From NCBI GenBank assembly GCA_050613775.1, contig JBODTK010000146.1:186001-250000 (forward strand): a DNA stretch of 64,000 bases. Direction: 5' to 3'. Below, in pieces: positions 37,147 through 52,091 of this stretch (the first letter of the stretch is position 1; the number at the start of each line of letters is the position of its first letter). The notes under the pieces were generated by a model, which saw only the letters and a program-made list of their open reading frames with translations, made no database searches and had not been told where the DNA came from. The translations under genes were made by a program, and so were the position numbers. Source of the stretch: Neocallimastix sp. 'constans' (taxonomy: Eukaryota).

Positions 37147-38263
37147 ATATATATATATATATTTATATAAATTAACTATGATGAAAATTATTTAAAATAT
37201 TTATTCCAATTAAAATAACAAAATGTTATATAGCACATATATATATATACTACAATAATAATTTATGAATGTTTTTTTTTTTTTTTTTTAGACTTAAATA
37301 TCATATATATTGACACTAAAAACTAAAACTGATTTAATAATGCAAAGTTTTGTTTTTTCATATCAAAAAAAAAAAAAAAAAAAAAAAGATATATATATAT
37401 ATCTAAACAAAAAATGAAATAAATTATACCAAAAAAAATATTGGTTATGTAAAATATTTTATCTTTAAAACTTGTGTAATAAATTTTAATAATTACACAA
37501 TAAATAAAAAAAATTTCATAAAATACATTTTTTTATTTAATAAATATTTTATAATATATATTATAAGATCTTTTTTTTATCGTATTTTATTTTTATATAT
37601 TTTGTTGGGTTTATTTTTTTTAAAAAAAAAATTTAAATAATATCTTATTTAAATAATTATTTATATTAAATTTTTATTACTACAGATATTTTAGTATTAA
37701 GACAATATTTGAACTTTTTCTTTATCATCATCACTGGAAATAGATAATTGTATAATATTACAAATTTATTTCATTTCATGTAGAAATTTTATACAATATA
37801 ACTAATAATCTATGTTAATTTCTATTAAATTATTGAATTTAAATTATTTTATTCACATTAAGAAAATTATTTTTTATTTTATTAAAATGAGTTTTGTTTT
37901 TATAAATTAAGCAAATATAATCAAATGTGTTCTTTTTTTTAAAAAAAAAAAAAAAGCAATTTAAATATTTAAATATATATATTAAAATAATCAAATTAAT
38001 TTTTCTTTTTATTAAAATTAAATGATTTTTATTTTTTAAAATTAATACAAAAACAATTTAAATATAGATGTTTAATAAATTTTTTTTTATAATAGAAGAC
38101 AATTTTAGTATTAATTTTAATGAAATTGATATTAAGCTATAAAAAAAAAATTAAACATTTCAAGAATTATTTTTTCCTATTTTTAGAGAGATGAGGCTTT
38201 CAAAAAATTCGATTGAGAAATTTTTATACTCGATTCAAAAGTTCTGACAATTTATCAATCTAC

Positions 38264-38264
38264 T

Positions 38265-38335
<71 letters not shown>

Positions 38336-38459
38336 TTCATTTATTTATTCATTTATTCATTTATTTATTTATTTATTTATTCATTCATTCATTCATTCAT
38401 TCATTTATTTATTTATTTATTTATTCATTCATTCATTCATTCATTTATTTATTTATTTA
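38264..38459. repeat. (TATT/CATT)n tetranucleotide microsatellite
   Basis: Direct reading. Confidence 0.9.
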
Positions 38460-38987
38460 AACTAATTTTATTATAATTATTTTTTTTAATTATATTTTAA
38501 ATTTTGTAATTTTAGAAAATATAATAATAAAAAAATTTTATAATTTACACTAAGCATTATTTAGAATTTTAATATTATATTCGATTTTTAATTAATTAAA
38601 CATCTTATTTAATTTCATTTCATTTTATTTCATTTCGTTTTAATTAATTTCATTTTATTTCCCTTTATTTCATTTTATTTTACTTATATACATAAAATTT
38701 TAAATTATTTAATAGATATTTATTATTTTTAAATTATAGTATAATATTTTTTATTGATTTAATATTACATAAATGATAATAAAAATAAACATAAAAATAA
38801 AAATAAAAATCAAGTGTAAATTTATTTTACAGCTTAAAAGTTATTTATAAATATTAATTACAATATATTTATATATATATATTTATATATATAGTAAATT
38901 TTATTAAAATTATATTATATTATTTTTAATAATTAGTATTATAATTTAATTTAAAACTTATACATAATCAAATATAAAGTATAAAAT

Positions 38988-41312
38988 TTAAAGAGTCTCA
39001 TGGAAGGTTCTTGCTATGACTTCTCTTTGTTGATCTGGAGTTAAACGAATGAAATGAACAGCATATCCTGAAACACGAATAGTTAAGTTTGGATAAAGTT
39101 CTGGATGAACCATAGCATCCTTTAAGGTTTCACGAACTAATACATTAACATTTAAGTGGAATCCTCCTTGAGAGAAATATCCATCTAATAAACCAGAAAG
39201 ATTAACAACACGTTCATCATCAAGTTTACCTAAAACTATTGGAACGAAAGTGAAAGTGTTAGAAATACCATCTTTACAATATTCATATTCAACTTTACTA
39301 ACTGAATTAAGAGAAGCAACTGCTCCATTAGTTTCACGTCCATGCATTGGATTACATCCTGGTGCAAATGCTTCTCCGGCTTTACGACCATCTGGTGTAG
39401 ATCCGGTTTTCTTACCATAAACGACATTAGAAGTAATAGTTAAAATAGATAAAGTATGTTCAGCTCCTCTGTATGCTGGATATTTCTTTAATTTAGCAAG
39501 GAAGATCTTTGGAATTTCAATTGCAAAATGATCAACACGATCATCATCATTACCAAATTTAGGGAAATCTCCTTCAATCTTGAAGTCGGTAGTTAAATTA
39601 GTTTCTGGATTACGAATTGGGAAGACCTTAGCATATTTAATAGCAGAGAACGAATCAACAATAACTGAAAAACCAGCAATACCGAAAGCCATGTATCGAT
39701 GAACATTAGTATCATGAAGTGCCATTTGAATAGCTTCATAACAGTATTTATCATGAGAATAATGAATAGCATTCATAGTATTCACATAAAGACATGCAAT
39801 CCAATCCATAGCTTTGTCATAGATTTCCCATGCTGATTCGAAATTAACGGATCCATCTTCATTTAATTTAATATCTCCAAAATCTGGTCCAACTTGTTTT
39901 TCTGTTCTTTCATCATATCCATGATTGAAAGCATAAAGTAAAAGTTTAGCTAAATTACAACGAGCTCCAAAGAATTGCATATCTTTACCAACTCTCATTT
40001 GAGAAACACAACAAGCAATAGCATAATCATCTCCAAACATACTATTCATAAGATTATCATTTTCATATTGAATTGAAGAAGTTTCAATAGAAACTTTATT
40101 ACAGAAATGTTTGAATGGTGTTGGAAGTTTATTATTCCATAAAACTGTAATATTTGGTTCTGGTGCTGCACCAAGAGTTCTGAGAGTATTAACAATACGA
40201 TAAGAAGTTTTACTAACTAATGGTCTTCCATCATTATTCATTCCACCAACAACCATAGTAACCCAAGTTGGATCTCCTGCAAATAAATCATTATATTCTG
40301 GAGTACGTAAATGACGAACTAATCTAAGTTTAATAATTAATTGATCAATTAAATCTTGAGCTTCAGCTTCAGTTAAAAGACCTTTCTTCATATCATTTTC
40401 AATATAAATATCGAAGAAACAATCAACACGTCCGAAAGACATAGCAGCACCATCTTGATCCTTGACACTAGCAAGATAACCAAAGTAAGTCCATTGAATA
40501 GCTTCTTTAGCATTTGTAGCTGGCTTGGAAAGATCATAACCATATCTTTGACCAAGAGCTTTTAATTCATTAAGAGCTTTGATTTGTTCAGCAAGTTCTT
40601 CTCTAGTACGCATATTTTCTTCAGTCATGGTGATACCAAGAGAAAGTTTATCTTGCATTTTCCATTCAATTAATTGATCAACTCCATATAAAGCAATACG
40701 TCTGTAATCACCAATAATTCTACCACGACCATAACCATCTGGTAAACCAGTGAGAATGGCATTAGATCTAGCTTTTCTCATTTCTGGAGTATAAAGATCG
40801 AAAACACAATCATTGTGAGTTTTACGATATTTGAAAATTTCTTCAACTTCTGGATCAAGAGTACGATTATATGCTTTTAAAGCATTCTTAACAATACGAA
40901 CACCACCGAATGGCTTAATTGAACGTTTAAGAGGAGCATCAGTTTGTAAACCGACTATATCTTCATTTTCTTTGATGATGTAACCAGCTTCATGAGCATT
41001 AACAGTAGAAATAGTTTTATTATCTACATCAAGACAACCTCCACTCTTGATTTCTTCAGCACGAAGTTCACTACATTTATCCCAAACTTCTTTAGTTTTC
41101 TTTGATGGTTCCGTAACTAAGAAAGAAGCATCACCTTCATATGGGGTATAGTTTTCTTTAATCCACTTAGCAGTATTAATAACTATTTAATATTTTTATA
41201 ATAATTTATTAATTTATATATTAAATATTTCTTATATTATCGTTATCCTTATATATAATATGTTATATCATAATTAAGAATCAAGAAATAAATATTGTAT
41301 ATTACCTTGCAT
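38988..41312 (-). CDS. pfl: Pyruvate formate-lyase copy 1, 733 aa; exons 41306-41312 and 38988-41182
   Basis: ATGCAAG|GTAAT...AATAG|TTATT gives [24 protein letters not shown]; catalytic IACCVS and glycyl-radical loop TIRVSGY intact. Confidence 0.96.
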
Positions 41313-41340
41313 TTTGAATATATTTTTATTAATAAAAAAT

Positions 41341-41610
41341 ATTTATTAATTATTTATTTATTTATGTATTTATTAATTATTTATTTATTTATGTATTTAT
41401 TATTTATTTATTTATGTATTTATTAATTATTTATTTATTTATTTATGTATTTATTATTTATTTATTTATTATTTATTTATGTATTTATTATTTATTTATT
41501 TATTTATGTATTTATTATTTATGTATTTATTTATTTATTATTTATTATGTATTTATGTATTTATTATTTATTTATAATTTATTTATTTGTTTATTTATTA
41601 TTTATTTATA

Positions 41611-41640
<30 letters not shown>
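41341..41640. repeat. Degenerate (TATT)n microsatellite just upstream of PFL copy 1
   Basis: Direct reading. Confidence 0.85.
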
Positions 41641-41641
<1 letters not shown>

Positions 41642-42486
41642 TACATATAATTAATTTTTATTTAATAAAATTATTAACTATTTATATTTTTTAAAAGAAA
41701 TTAAAATTTTAAAATGAATTAATAATGAATTAATAAAAAAATTATTTTAAAATAAATATTTCAATATACTTGTATTAATAATATATTGGTAATTAATAAT
41801 AAAAAATTTTCGCTTTTTTTTACGACAAGTAAAAATTATTCGTTTAAAATTTATTTTTTGGAAAATTGAATAAAATAATTATTTATTAAAGTGTATGAAT
41901 TCGTCAAGAAATTTCATATTTAAATTGTAGATAATAAATATTTAATTAAATAAAAAATGATATTTTTAATTTTCCCATACTAAATCATAAAATTTTCAAT
42001 TTAACCATAGCATATTTATTTTTTTTTTAAGAATTATTAAAAAGTTTATTGTACATTAAATGCTATATAATTTATTTATTTATTATTATTATATTTTTTA
42101 TATTACTATTAATATATTATTCAAATTTATTAGTATTAATATGAAAATTAATATGAAATAAAATATTTTTGATAAAATTGTATATAATATTATGAAATCA
42201 TATATTATATAAAATCCTTTTTAAAATTATATGTTAAAAACTAGCCTAAATTTTAATCTCGTTAAATTCCTCATATATAAAGTATTAATACATTTTTTTT
42301 AATTCAGTCATATTTATTTATATCAAACTCTTACTAAATAAAAAAATTATTAAATATTAATAACATTAATAGTACATCTAATAAAAGATTGATTAGAAAG
42401 GAAAATTAATTTAAAAATTATATAAAAAATATATATATGGTTAAATAATAAATTAATAAACAACATTTATAAATATTGATAATTGC

Positions 42487-42531
<45 letters not shown>

Positions 42532-42643
42532 ATACTATAAATAAATAAATAATAAAAATAAATAAATAAAAATTAATTAAAATGTTGAAATTAATTAAAA
42601 ATATTATTTAAATGTTTATTTATTTAGTTTATCCATATACAAA

Positions 42644-42674
<31 letters not shown>

Positions 42675-45626
42675 TATAATTCATTTTATTTATCCTTTTT
42701 TTTTTTTTTTTATTGGATAAATAATTAATAATCCTCATTTATCTTAACCTAAAATAAATTTTTAAATTAAAAAATTGAACCTTAATTTTAACAACCTTCC
42801 ATTAAATATATAAATTTCAATATTATAAAAAAATTTATTAAATATTCTTTATATTCTTATTTTATTACTTATTAAAAAAGTTTTTTTTTTCTTTTTTATT
42901 TATTAATATGTTTTATATATATATATATAATTTAAATATTTACATAAAAAAAATAAATATATTGTAATATTTTAATTAATGAATTTAACGTTTTTACAAA
43001 TTCAATTATCATTATTCAGTACCAATAATTCAATTAACTTTTATAGAAATAATAATACTAATAATAATAATTATTATTATCATTATTATTATTAAAATTT
43101 TATATATTTCAATATTTTTTATATAAAAAAATATAAATATTTTTCACATATTACTATTTTATTTTAATTATTTTTTATGAATAAATAAATTATTAATAAT
43201 ATTATATATTAAGTTCTTAGACAAAATAAAAGAATAATTATTATTTAGTAAAACTCATATTTACACTATATTTTTAATATTTATATAATTTGGATAATAA
43301 TATTAATTAAATATTTATATATTAAAACTATATAGATATATATCATATACGATTATTTATAATGAAATAAAATTATTATTTTGAAATATTTATACAAATA
43401 AAAAATAAAATTAATGCTTTTTGTTATAATTTTTAAATATTAATTCATATTTATAATTTGCATTAAAATATATATTATAAAATATTATTATTTTATACAA
43501 TAAGCATTATTTTGATAAAATTATATCCATATATACTATAAAATATTATTATTTTTTAAACGTTATTATAATAAAATTATATCCACGTATATATATAGAT
43601 AATATCTTTCATATTTTTTATTTTATTTTCAAGTTTTTTATAATGTTAAATATTTTATTTCCAATAATAACCTATTAATTTAATTTATTATAAATCCGAA
43701 CAGAATTATAATAATATTGTAAAAGTCATAGCAAATAATAATATCTATTATTTTATTCTACTTCATAAACATACTATCAATATTTTTTTATTCTATTAAA
43801 ATTAAAATGAAAAAAAAAAATAATAATAATATTAATAATAATAATAATAATAATAACTATATTTTTCCTAAAAATAGAAAAGAAAAAAAAAATAATAATA
43901 ATTAATATTTTAATTTTTATTATTGAAAATAAATAAAATATTTATTAATTTTTATTAATTATTGAAATAAACATTAATTATTTTTTATTAATTATTGAAA
44001 ATTAATATTTATTAATAATTTTGTTTATTACAATATGGAAAATATATATGTTTATTGATAATTAAATTTCTTTTAAATAATATTTTTTAAATTATATTTA
44101 TATATTATTTATTACAAGATTCTTATAATATATAAATATAATTTAAATTTAAAAAATATTAATTAATACGATATACACCTATTATTATTTGATTTTGCAG
44201 TATGAAAAATTAAATATTATTTTATATAAAAAATTTATATTAACTTTTCATAAGTTATACAAATATCATAAAAATCTATTATAAATAATATTTATTTATT
44301 ATTTATTATGTTAAATAAATATAATACCAAATTACTACTTCAAATACTAAAATATCATTAATAAATCAATGTTTTTATATTTATTTAAATTGTTTATTTT
44401 TTTTTAAAAAATATTTATTATAAAATTACTTTTATATATAGTTATTTTTAGCTTTTTTAATTATTTATATTGTAATAAATATAACAAATGGTAAAATACT
44501 TAAATTAACCACCATATTCAATTCAAAATAGTTGATAATACATACACCTGTATTAAGAGCATTGTTAATTCTAGCAATTATTATTTAGATGCTAGCACTT
44601 TGAATATAAAATATTTTAATTTTGTTAAAGTTTTAACAATTTTGTCATTATTCAAACTTACAATAATCTATTCAGAATATTTACTTGTTTCAAAATTCAA
44701 AGTTCATTAAACAATATATGTTATATATGTATATATTAAATCTAATGAACCAATTTTCCTTTTATTTATTATAGAAATTAATTATTTATTTTAAATAGTT
44801 AACCTATTATTGATATATATATATGCAATTTATCATAGATACAATAATTGTTGGTTAATCTACATTAAATACCGGAACCTACATCCAAAGTATTTAATTT
44901 TTTTTTTGCCAAAACAACAACCTACTTCCAAAATTACATAATATTACTTTTTATTACACCTAAATAAACCTATCTAAATATTACTTAAAAAGCTAATCAA
45001 AGTTTGTTACCAACTAAAATTATTATTACTAAACTTAGTCCTATTACAATACAATAAATATTATTAATATAGTATTTATATTTATATATGATATTTATTA
45101 AACTTATAAAAATTTTGTCATAAATAAAAAAATATATATATATATATATATATATATTATTAGTTAAAAGATTCATATGATATTTATTAAACTTATTTAT
45201 ATAGTATTTATATTAATTTTTCATGATATATAAAAATGATTTTTAATTAATACAACAAACACTAAAATATCATTAATAAACCTATAATTTTATATTTCTA
45301 TATATATTTTTTTTATTTAAAAACTTTATTATAAAATTATATGTATATACAGTAATTTTTAATTTTTTTTTTATTTATAGTAATACAATAAATATAGCAA
45401 ATAGTAAAAAAAGAAAATATGATATTTATGTTAATTATAATTAATTATACAAGATATAACATAACAATTGACTGTAAATTTTATATTATTTATAAATATT
45501 TACAATATAAATTTTTAATATACTTATTTAAGATTTAAAATATAATTCTTTATATTATTATTTATATCATTAAAATCATAGTTAGTTATTTAAAATTTAT
45601 GTTTTATCATAATTTAATAATAATAT

Positions 45627-47911
45627 TTAAAGAGTGTCATGGAAGGTTCTTGCTATGACTTCTCTTTGTTGATCTGGAGTTAAACGAATGAAATGAACAG
45701 CATATCCTGAAACACGAATAGTTAAGTTTGGATAAAGTTCTGGATGAATCATAGCATCCTTTAAGGTTTCACGAACTAATACATTAACATTTAAGTGGAA
45801 TCCTCCTTGAGAGAAGTATCCATCTAATAAACCAGAAAGATTAGCAACACGTTCATCATCAAGTTTACCTAAAACTGTTGGAACGAATGTGAAAGTGTTA
45901 GAAATACCATCTTTACAATATTCATATTCAACTTTACTAACTGAATTAAGAGAAGCAACTGCTCCATTAATTTCACGTCCATGCATTGGATTACATCCTG
46001 GAGCGAAAGCTTCACCAGCCTTACGACCATCTGGAGTAGAACCAGTCTTCTTACCGTAAACGACATTAGAAGTAATAGTTAAAATAGATAAAGTATGTTC
46101 AGCTCCTCTGTATGCTGGATATTTCTTTAATTTAGCAAGGAAGATCTTTGGAATTTCAATTGCAAAATGATCAACACGATCATCATCATTACCAAATTTA
46201 GGGAAATCTCCTTCAATCTTGAAGTCGGTAGTTAAATTAGTTTCTGGATTACGAATTGGGAAGACCTTAGCATATTTAATAGCAGAGAACGAATCAACAA
46301 TAACTGAAAAACCAGCAATACCGAAAGCCATGTATCGATGAACATTAGTATCATGAAGTGCCATTTGAATAGCTTCATAACAGTATTTATCATGAGAATA
46401 ATGAATAGCATTCATAGTATTCACATAAAGACATGCAATCCAATCCATAGCTTTGTCATAGATTTCCCATGCTGATTCGAAATTAACGGATCCATCTTCA
46501 TTTAATTTAATATCTCCAAAATCTGGTCCAACTTGTTTTTCTGTTCTTTCATCATATCCATGATTGAAAGCATAAAGTAAAAGTTTAGCTAAATTACAAC
46601 GAGCTCCAAAGAATTGCATATCTTTACCAACTCTCATTTGAGAAACACAACAAGCAATAGCATAATCATCTCCAAACATACTATTCATAAGATTATCATT
46701 TTCATATTGAATTGAAGAAGTTTCAATAGAAACTTTATTACAGAAATGTTTGAATGGTGTTGGAAGTTTATTATTCCATAAAACTGTAATATTTGGTTCT
46801 GGTGCTGCACCAAGAGTTCTGAGAGTATTAACAATACGATAAGAAGTTTTACTAACTAATGGTCTTCCATCATTATTCATTCCACCAACAACCATAGTAA
46901 CCCAAGTTGGATCTCCTGCAAATAAATCATTATATTCTGGAGTACGTAAATGACGAACTAATCTAAGTTTAATAATTAATTGATCAATTAAATCTTGAGC
47001 TTCAGCTTCAGTTAAAAGACCTTTCTTCATATCATTTTCAATATAAATATCGAAGAAACAATCAACACGTCCGAAAGACATAGCAGCACCATCTTGATCC
47101 TTGACACTAGCAAGATAACCAAAGTAAGTCCATTGAATAGCTTCTTTAGCATTTGTAGCTGGCTTGGAAAGATCATAACCATATCTTTGACCAAGAGCTT
47201 TTAATTCATTAAGAGCTTTGATTTGTTCAGCAAGTTCTTCTCTAGTACGCATATTTTCTTCAGTCATGGTGATACCAAGAGAAAGTTTATCTTGCATTTT
47301 CCATTCAATTAATTGATCAACTCCATATAAAGCAATACGTCTGTAATCACCAATAATTCTACCACGACCATAACCATCTGGTAAACCAGTGAGAATGGCA
47401 TTAGATCTAGCTTTTCTCATTTCTGGAGTATAAAGATCGAAAACACAATCATTGTGAGTTTTACGATATTTGAAAATTTCTTCAACTTCTGGATCAAGAG
47501 TACGATTATATGCTTTTAAAGCATTCTTAACAATACGAACACCACCGAATGGCTTAATTGAACGTTTAAGAGGAGCATCAGTTTGTAAACCGACTATATC
47601 TTCATTTTCTTTGATGATGTAACCAGCTTCATGAGCATTAACAGTAGAAATAGTTTTATTATCTACATCAAGACAACCTCCACTCTTGATTTCTTCAGCA
47701 CGAAGTTCACTACATTTATCCCAAACTTCTTTAGTTTTCTTTGATGGTTCCGTAACTAAGAAAGAAGCATCACCTTCATATGGGGTATAGTTTTCTTTAA
47801 TCCACTTAGCAGTATCAATAACTATTTAATAATGTTTTTATTAGTATTTCAAGAATAATCATTTATAATTATTTATTAAAATATAAAATAACAAATATTG
47901 GTACCTTGCAT
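45627..47911 (-). CDS. pfl: Pyruvate formate-lyase copy 2, 733 aa; exons 47905-47911 and 45627-47821
   Basis: 7-nt exon ATGCAAG, 83-nt GT-AG intron, MQVIDTAKW...; IACCVS and RVSGY intact. Confidence 0.96.
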
Positions 47912-49410
47912 TTTGTATATATTATTTATAATTATGTAATCACAGTAAAATTTTTATTTTAATTGATGATTTCGTATTATTAATTTTGAATATATTTAAA
48001 ATTTTATCTTTTATAATGATATAATATCTTTAACTTTATAGTTTATATATAAATATTTAATTTTGATTTTATTTTTTTTTTTGGAAAAAATTTAATAATT
48101 TATACTTTTTTTTTACAATTATATTAAAATATTATAATATAAAAAGAAATAATTTATTTTATTGACTTTAATATAAATTTATGTTAATATATGTAATATG
48201 TTCCATAAATTTATTTATTTATTTATTTTTTAAAAATTTAATTCGGAATTAGATACGATAAGTAGGACTGATATAAATTTAAAATGTATAAAATCATAAA
48301 TGAATTAAATACACGTGATATATACTTTATTTTTTTTTTATTTTATTTTATATTAATTGGAGAAGTTAACTTCATAGTAAAAAACCTGTGGAAAAATTAA
48401 TAGGAAAAAAGTATATTTTAAACAAATACATATTAATAAATATATTTATTTAAAAAATATATATAATAAATATATTATTATTATTATTAATATTATTTAC
48501 TAATAATTATTTAATAATATTATTATATCTTGAAATCATATTTTTTTGAATAAGTTTTATCATTTATATGAAAAAGTTTAACAATTTATTATAATTGATA
48601 AATTATAAATTATTACTATGGAATTATATATATGATACCATTATGCTAAATTTTATGAATAAAATATAATATTTAAAAATTATTTATAAATCTTGTGACT
48701 ATAAACTAAATACGCTTTAGAATATTTTTAAATTAGTTTTAAAATGTTTTACATGTATTTAGATTATTTTAAAAAAGATTTTAAAATATTCTAAAATAAA
48801 CTAAGCTTTAATCAGAAATATTTTTCATTCGTAAATAATTATAATTAATACAATTATTAAATATAAATATGATATTGATATTATTTGAATATACTTAATT
48901 TTTATTAATTATCTATTGTTATTCCATTTCTATACGATATTATGATATTTTAAACTTATTAATGTATAATTAATAAATATTATATTAAATAACTATATTT
49001 AAATAACCATAATATTTTTATATTCTTAGATAATATAAATTATAATAAAAAAAATAAATATATATTAATTTTATAATATCTTAAATCATTTAATATCTTA
49101 AATCATTTAATTAATTTTTTTTTTTTTTAACATTTTCTTTGAAATATTTTAATATATTTTAAAAATTATTAATATATTTATAAGTTTTATTTTAAACTAA
49201 TTTAAATTAAATTTTATTATTTTTCGGGTAAAGATAAGAGCTAGGAAAAGAGTTAGGAAAAGAGTTAGGATAAATTTGCATTAATAAAACCATATTATTT
49301 GAATTTTTAATGTAACACATATAATGATTTTACTCGGTAATCAATTGTATTATTTTTCATATTTCTTTATATTTATAGTTTATGAAAAAAAAGAAAAAAA
49401 AAATTTTTTT

Positions 49411-49424
49411 CGTAAAAAATTACG
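49411..49424. promoter_or_regulatory. Palindromic CGTAA-N4-TTACG candidate operator upstream of PFL copy 3
   Basis: cgtaaaaaattacg, starting 386 bp before the ATG; same motif at the same distance before copy 5. Confidence 0.45.
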
Positions 49425-49796
49425 AAATAAATTAAATCAGCTAATATATTATGAATATATTTATTAAATATATTAATTTAAATTAAATTTTTTTAGGACG
49501 GTTCTACTGTCATATATTATTTGGATATTAATTAAGATTTATTAATATCTAAATAATATATATCTGGAAAAAAATATAAATATTTCAAAAATTTTCAATA
49601 TTTTTTTTAATTCTATTTTTTTTTATTTAAATATATAACGATAATTAAAAATTTATAGTACAATTTTTATAAATTGAAAAAAAAATTAAAAACTTATACC
49701 TTTATTATATCTAAGAAAATTTAAAATTAAATATAAATATATAAAAATTAATATTAACTAATATCTGATTAAAAATTATAAAATATATATAACAAG

Positions 49797-52091
49797 ATGC
49801 AAGGTAATTTATATTATATTATTTATACATAATGATAATTAATTATATATTTATAATGGTTATTCTTGAAATACTAATAAAAATATTATTAAATAGTTAT
49901 TGATACTGCTAAGTGGATTAAAGAAAACTATACCCCATATGAAGGTGATGCTTCTTTCTTAGTTACGGAACCATCAAAGAAAACTAAAGAAGTTTGGGAT
50001 AAATGTAGTGAACTCCGTGTAGCTGAAATCAAGAGTGGAGGTTGTCTTGATGTAGATAATAAAACTATTTCTACTGTTAATGCTCACGAAGCTGGTTATA
50101 TCATCAAGGAAAATGAAGATATCGTTGGTTTACAAACTGATGCTCCTCTTAAACGTTCAATTAAGCCATTCGGTGGTGTTCGTATTGTTAAGAATGCTTT
50201 AAAAGCATATAATCGTACTCTTGATCCAGAAGTTGAAGAAATTTTCAAATATCGTAAAACTCACAATGATTGTGTTTTCGATCTTTATACTCCAGAAATG
50301 AGAAAAGCTAGATCTAATGCCATTCTCACTGGTTTACCAGATGGTTACGGTCGTGGTAGAATTATTGGTGATTACAGACGTATTGCTTTATATGGTGTTG
50401 ATCAATTAATTGAATGGAAAATGCAAGATAAACTTTCTCTTGGTATCACCATGACTGAAGAAAATATGCGTACTAGAGAAGAACTTGCTGAACAAATCAA
50501 AGCTCTTAATGAATTAAAAGCTCTTGGTCAAAGATATGGTTATGATCTTTCCAAGCCAGCTACAAATGCTAAAGAAGCTATTCAATGGACTTACTTTGGT
50601 TACCTTGCTAGTGTCAAGGATCAAGATGGTGCCGCTATGTCTTTCGGACGTGTTGATTGTTTCTTCGATATTTATATTGAAAATGATATGAAGAAAGGTC
50701 TTTTAACTGAAGCTGAAGCTCAAGATTTAATTGATCAATTAATTATTAAACTTAGATTAGTTCGTCATTTACGTACTCCAGAATACAATGATTTATTTGC
50801 AGGAGATCCAACTTGGGTTACTATGGTTGTTGGTGGAATGAATAATGATGGAAGACCATTAGTTAGTAAAACTTCTTATCGTATTGTTAATACTCTCAGA
50901 ACTCTTGGTGCAGCACCAGAACCAAATATTACAGTTTTATGGAATAATAAACTTCCAACACCATTCAAACATTTCTGTAATAAAGTTTCTATTGAAACTT
51001 CTTCAATTCAATATGAAAATGATAATCTTATGAATAGTATGTTTGGAGATGATTATGCTATTGCTTGTTGTGTTTCTCAAATGAGAGTTGGTAAAGATAT
51101 GCAATTCTTTGGAGCTCGTTGTAATTTAGCTAAACTTTTACTTTATGCTTTCAATCATGGATATGATGAAAGAACAGAAAAACAAGTTGGACCAGATTTT
51201 GGAGATATTAAATTAAATGAAGATGGATCCGTTAATTTCGAATCAGCATGGGAAATCTATGACAAAGCTATGGATTGGATTGCATGTCTTTATGTGAATA
51301 CTATGAATGCTATTCATTATTCTCATGATAAATACTGTTATGAAGCTATTCAAATGGCACTTCATGATACTAATGTTCATCGATACATGGCTTTCGGTAT
51401 TGCTGGTTTTTCAGTTATTGTTGATTCGTTCTCTGCTATTAAATATGCTAAGGTCTTCCCAATTCGTAATCCAGAAACTAATTTAACTACCGACTTCAAG
51501 ATTGAAGGAGATTTCCCTAAATTTGGTAATGATGATGATCGTGTTGATCATTTTGCAATTGAAATTCCAAAGATCTTCCTTGCTAAATTAAAGAAATATC
51601 CAGCTTACAGAGGAGCTGAACATACCTTATCTATTTTAACTATTACTTCTAATGTCGTTTATGGTAAGAAGACTGGTTCTACTCCAGATGGTCGTAAGGC
51701 TGGTGAAGCTTTCGCTCCAGGATGTAATCCAATGCACGGACGTGAAACGAATGGAGCAGTTGCTTCTCTTAATTCAGTTAGTAAAGTTGAATATGAATAT
51801 TGTAAAGATGGTATTTCTAACACTTTCACATTCGTTCCAACAGTTTTAGGTAAACTTGATGATGAACGTGTTGCTAATCTTTCTGGTTTATTAGATGGAT
51901 ACTTCTCTCAAGGAGGATTCCACTTAAATGTTAATGTATTAGTTCGTGAAACCTTAAAGGATGCTATGGTTCATCCAGAACTTTATCCAAACTTAACTAT
52001 TCGTGTTTCAGGATATGCTGTTCATTTCATTCGTTTAACTCCAGATCAACAAAGAGAAGTCATAGCAAGAACCTTCCATGAAACTCTTTAA
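49797..52091 (+). CDS. pfl: Pyruvate formate-lyase copy 3, 733 aa; exons 49797-49803 and 49897-52091
   Basis: 7-nt exon ATGCAAG, 93-nt GT-AG intron; IACCVS and RVSGY intact. Confidence 0.96.

Noticed and set aside
35450..41654. Hydrophobic ORFs 35450..35725, 38213..38476, 41414..41654
   Set aside because: (TATT/CATT)n microsatellite translations.
44510..45050. Coding-like patch (…CIKSIVNSSNYYLDAS…) faintly like gut-fungal scaffoldin repeats
   Set aside because: Too short and degraded to assign.
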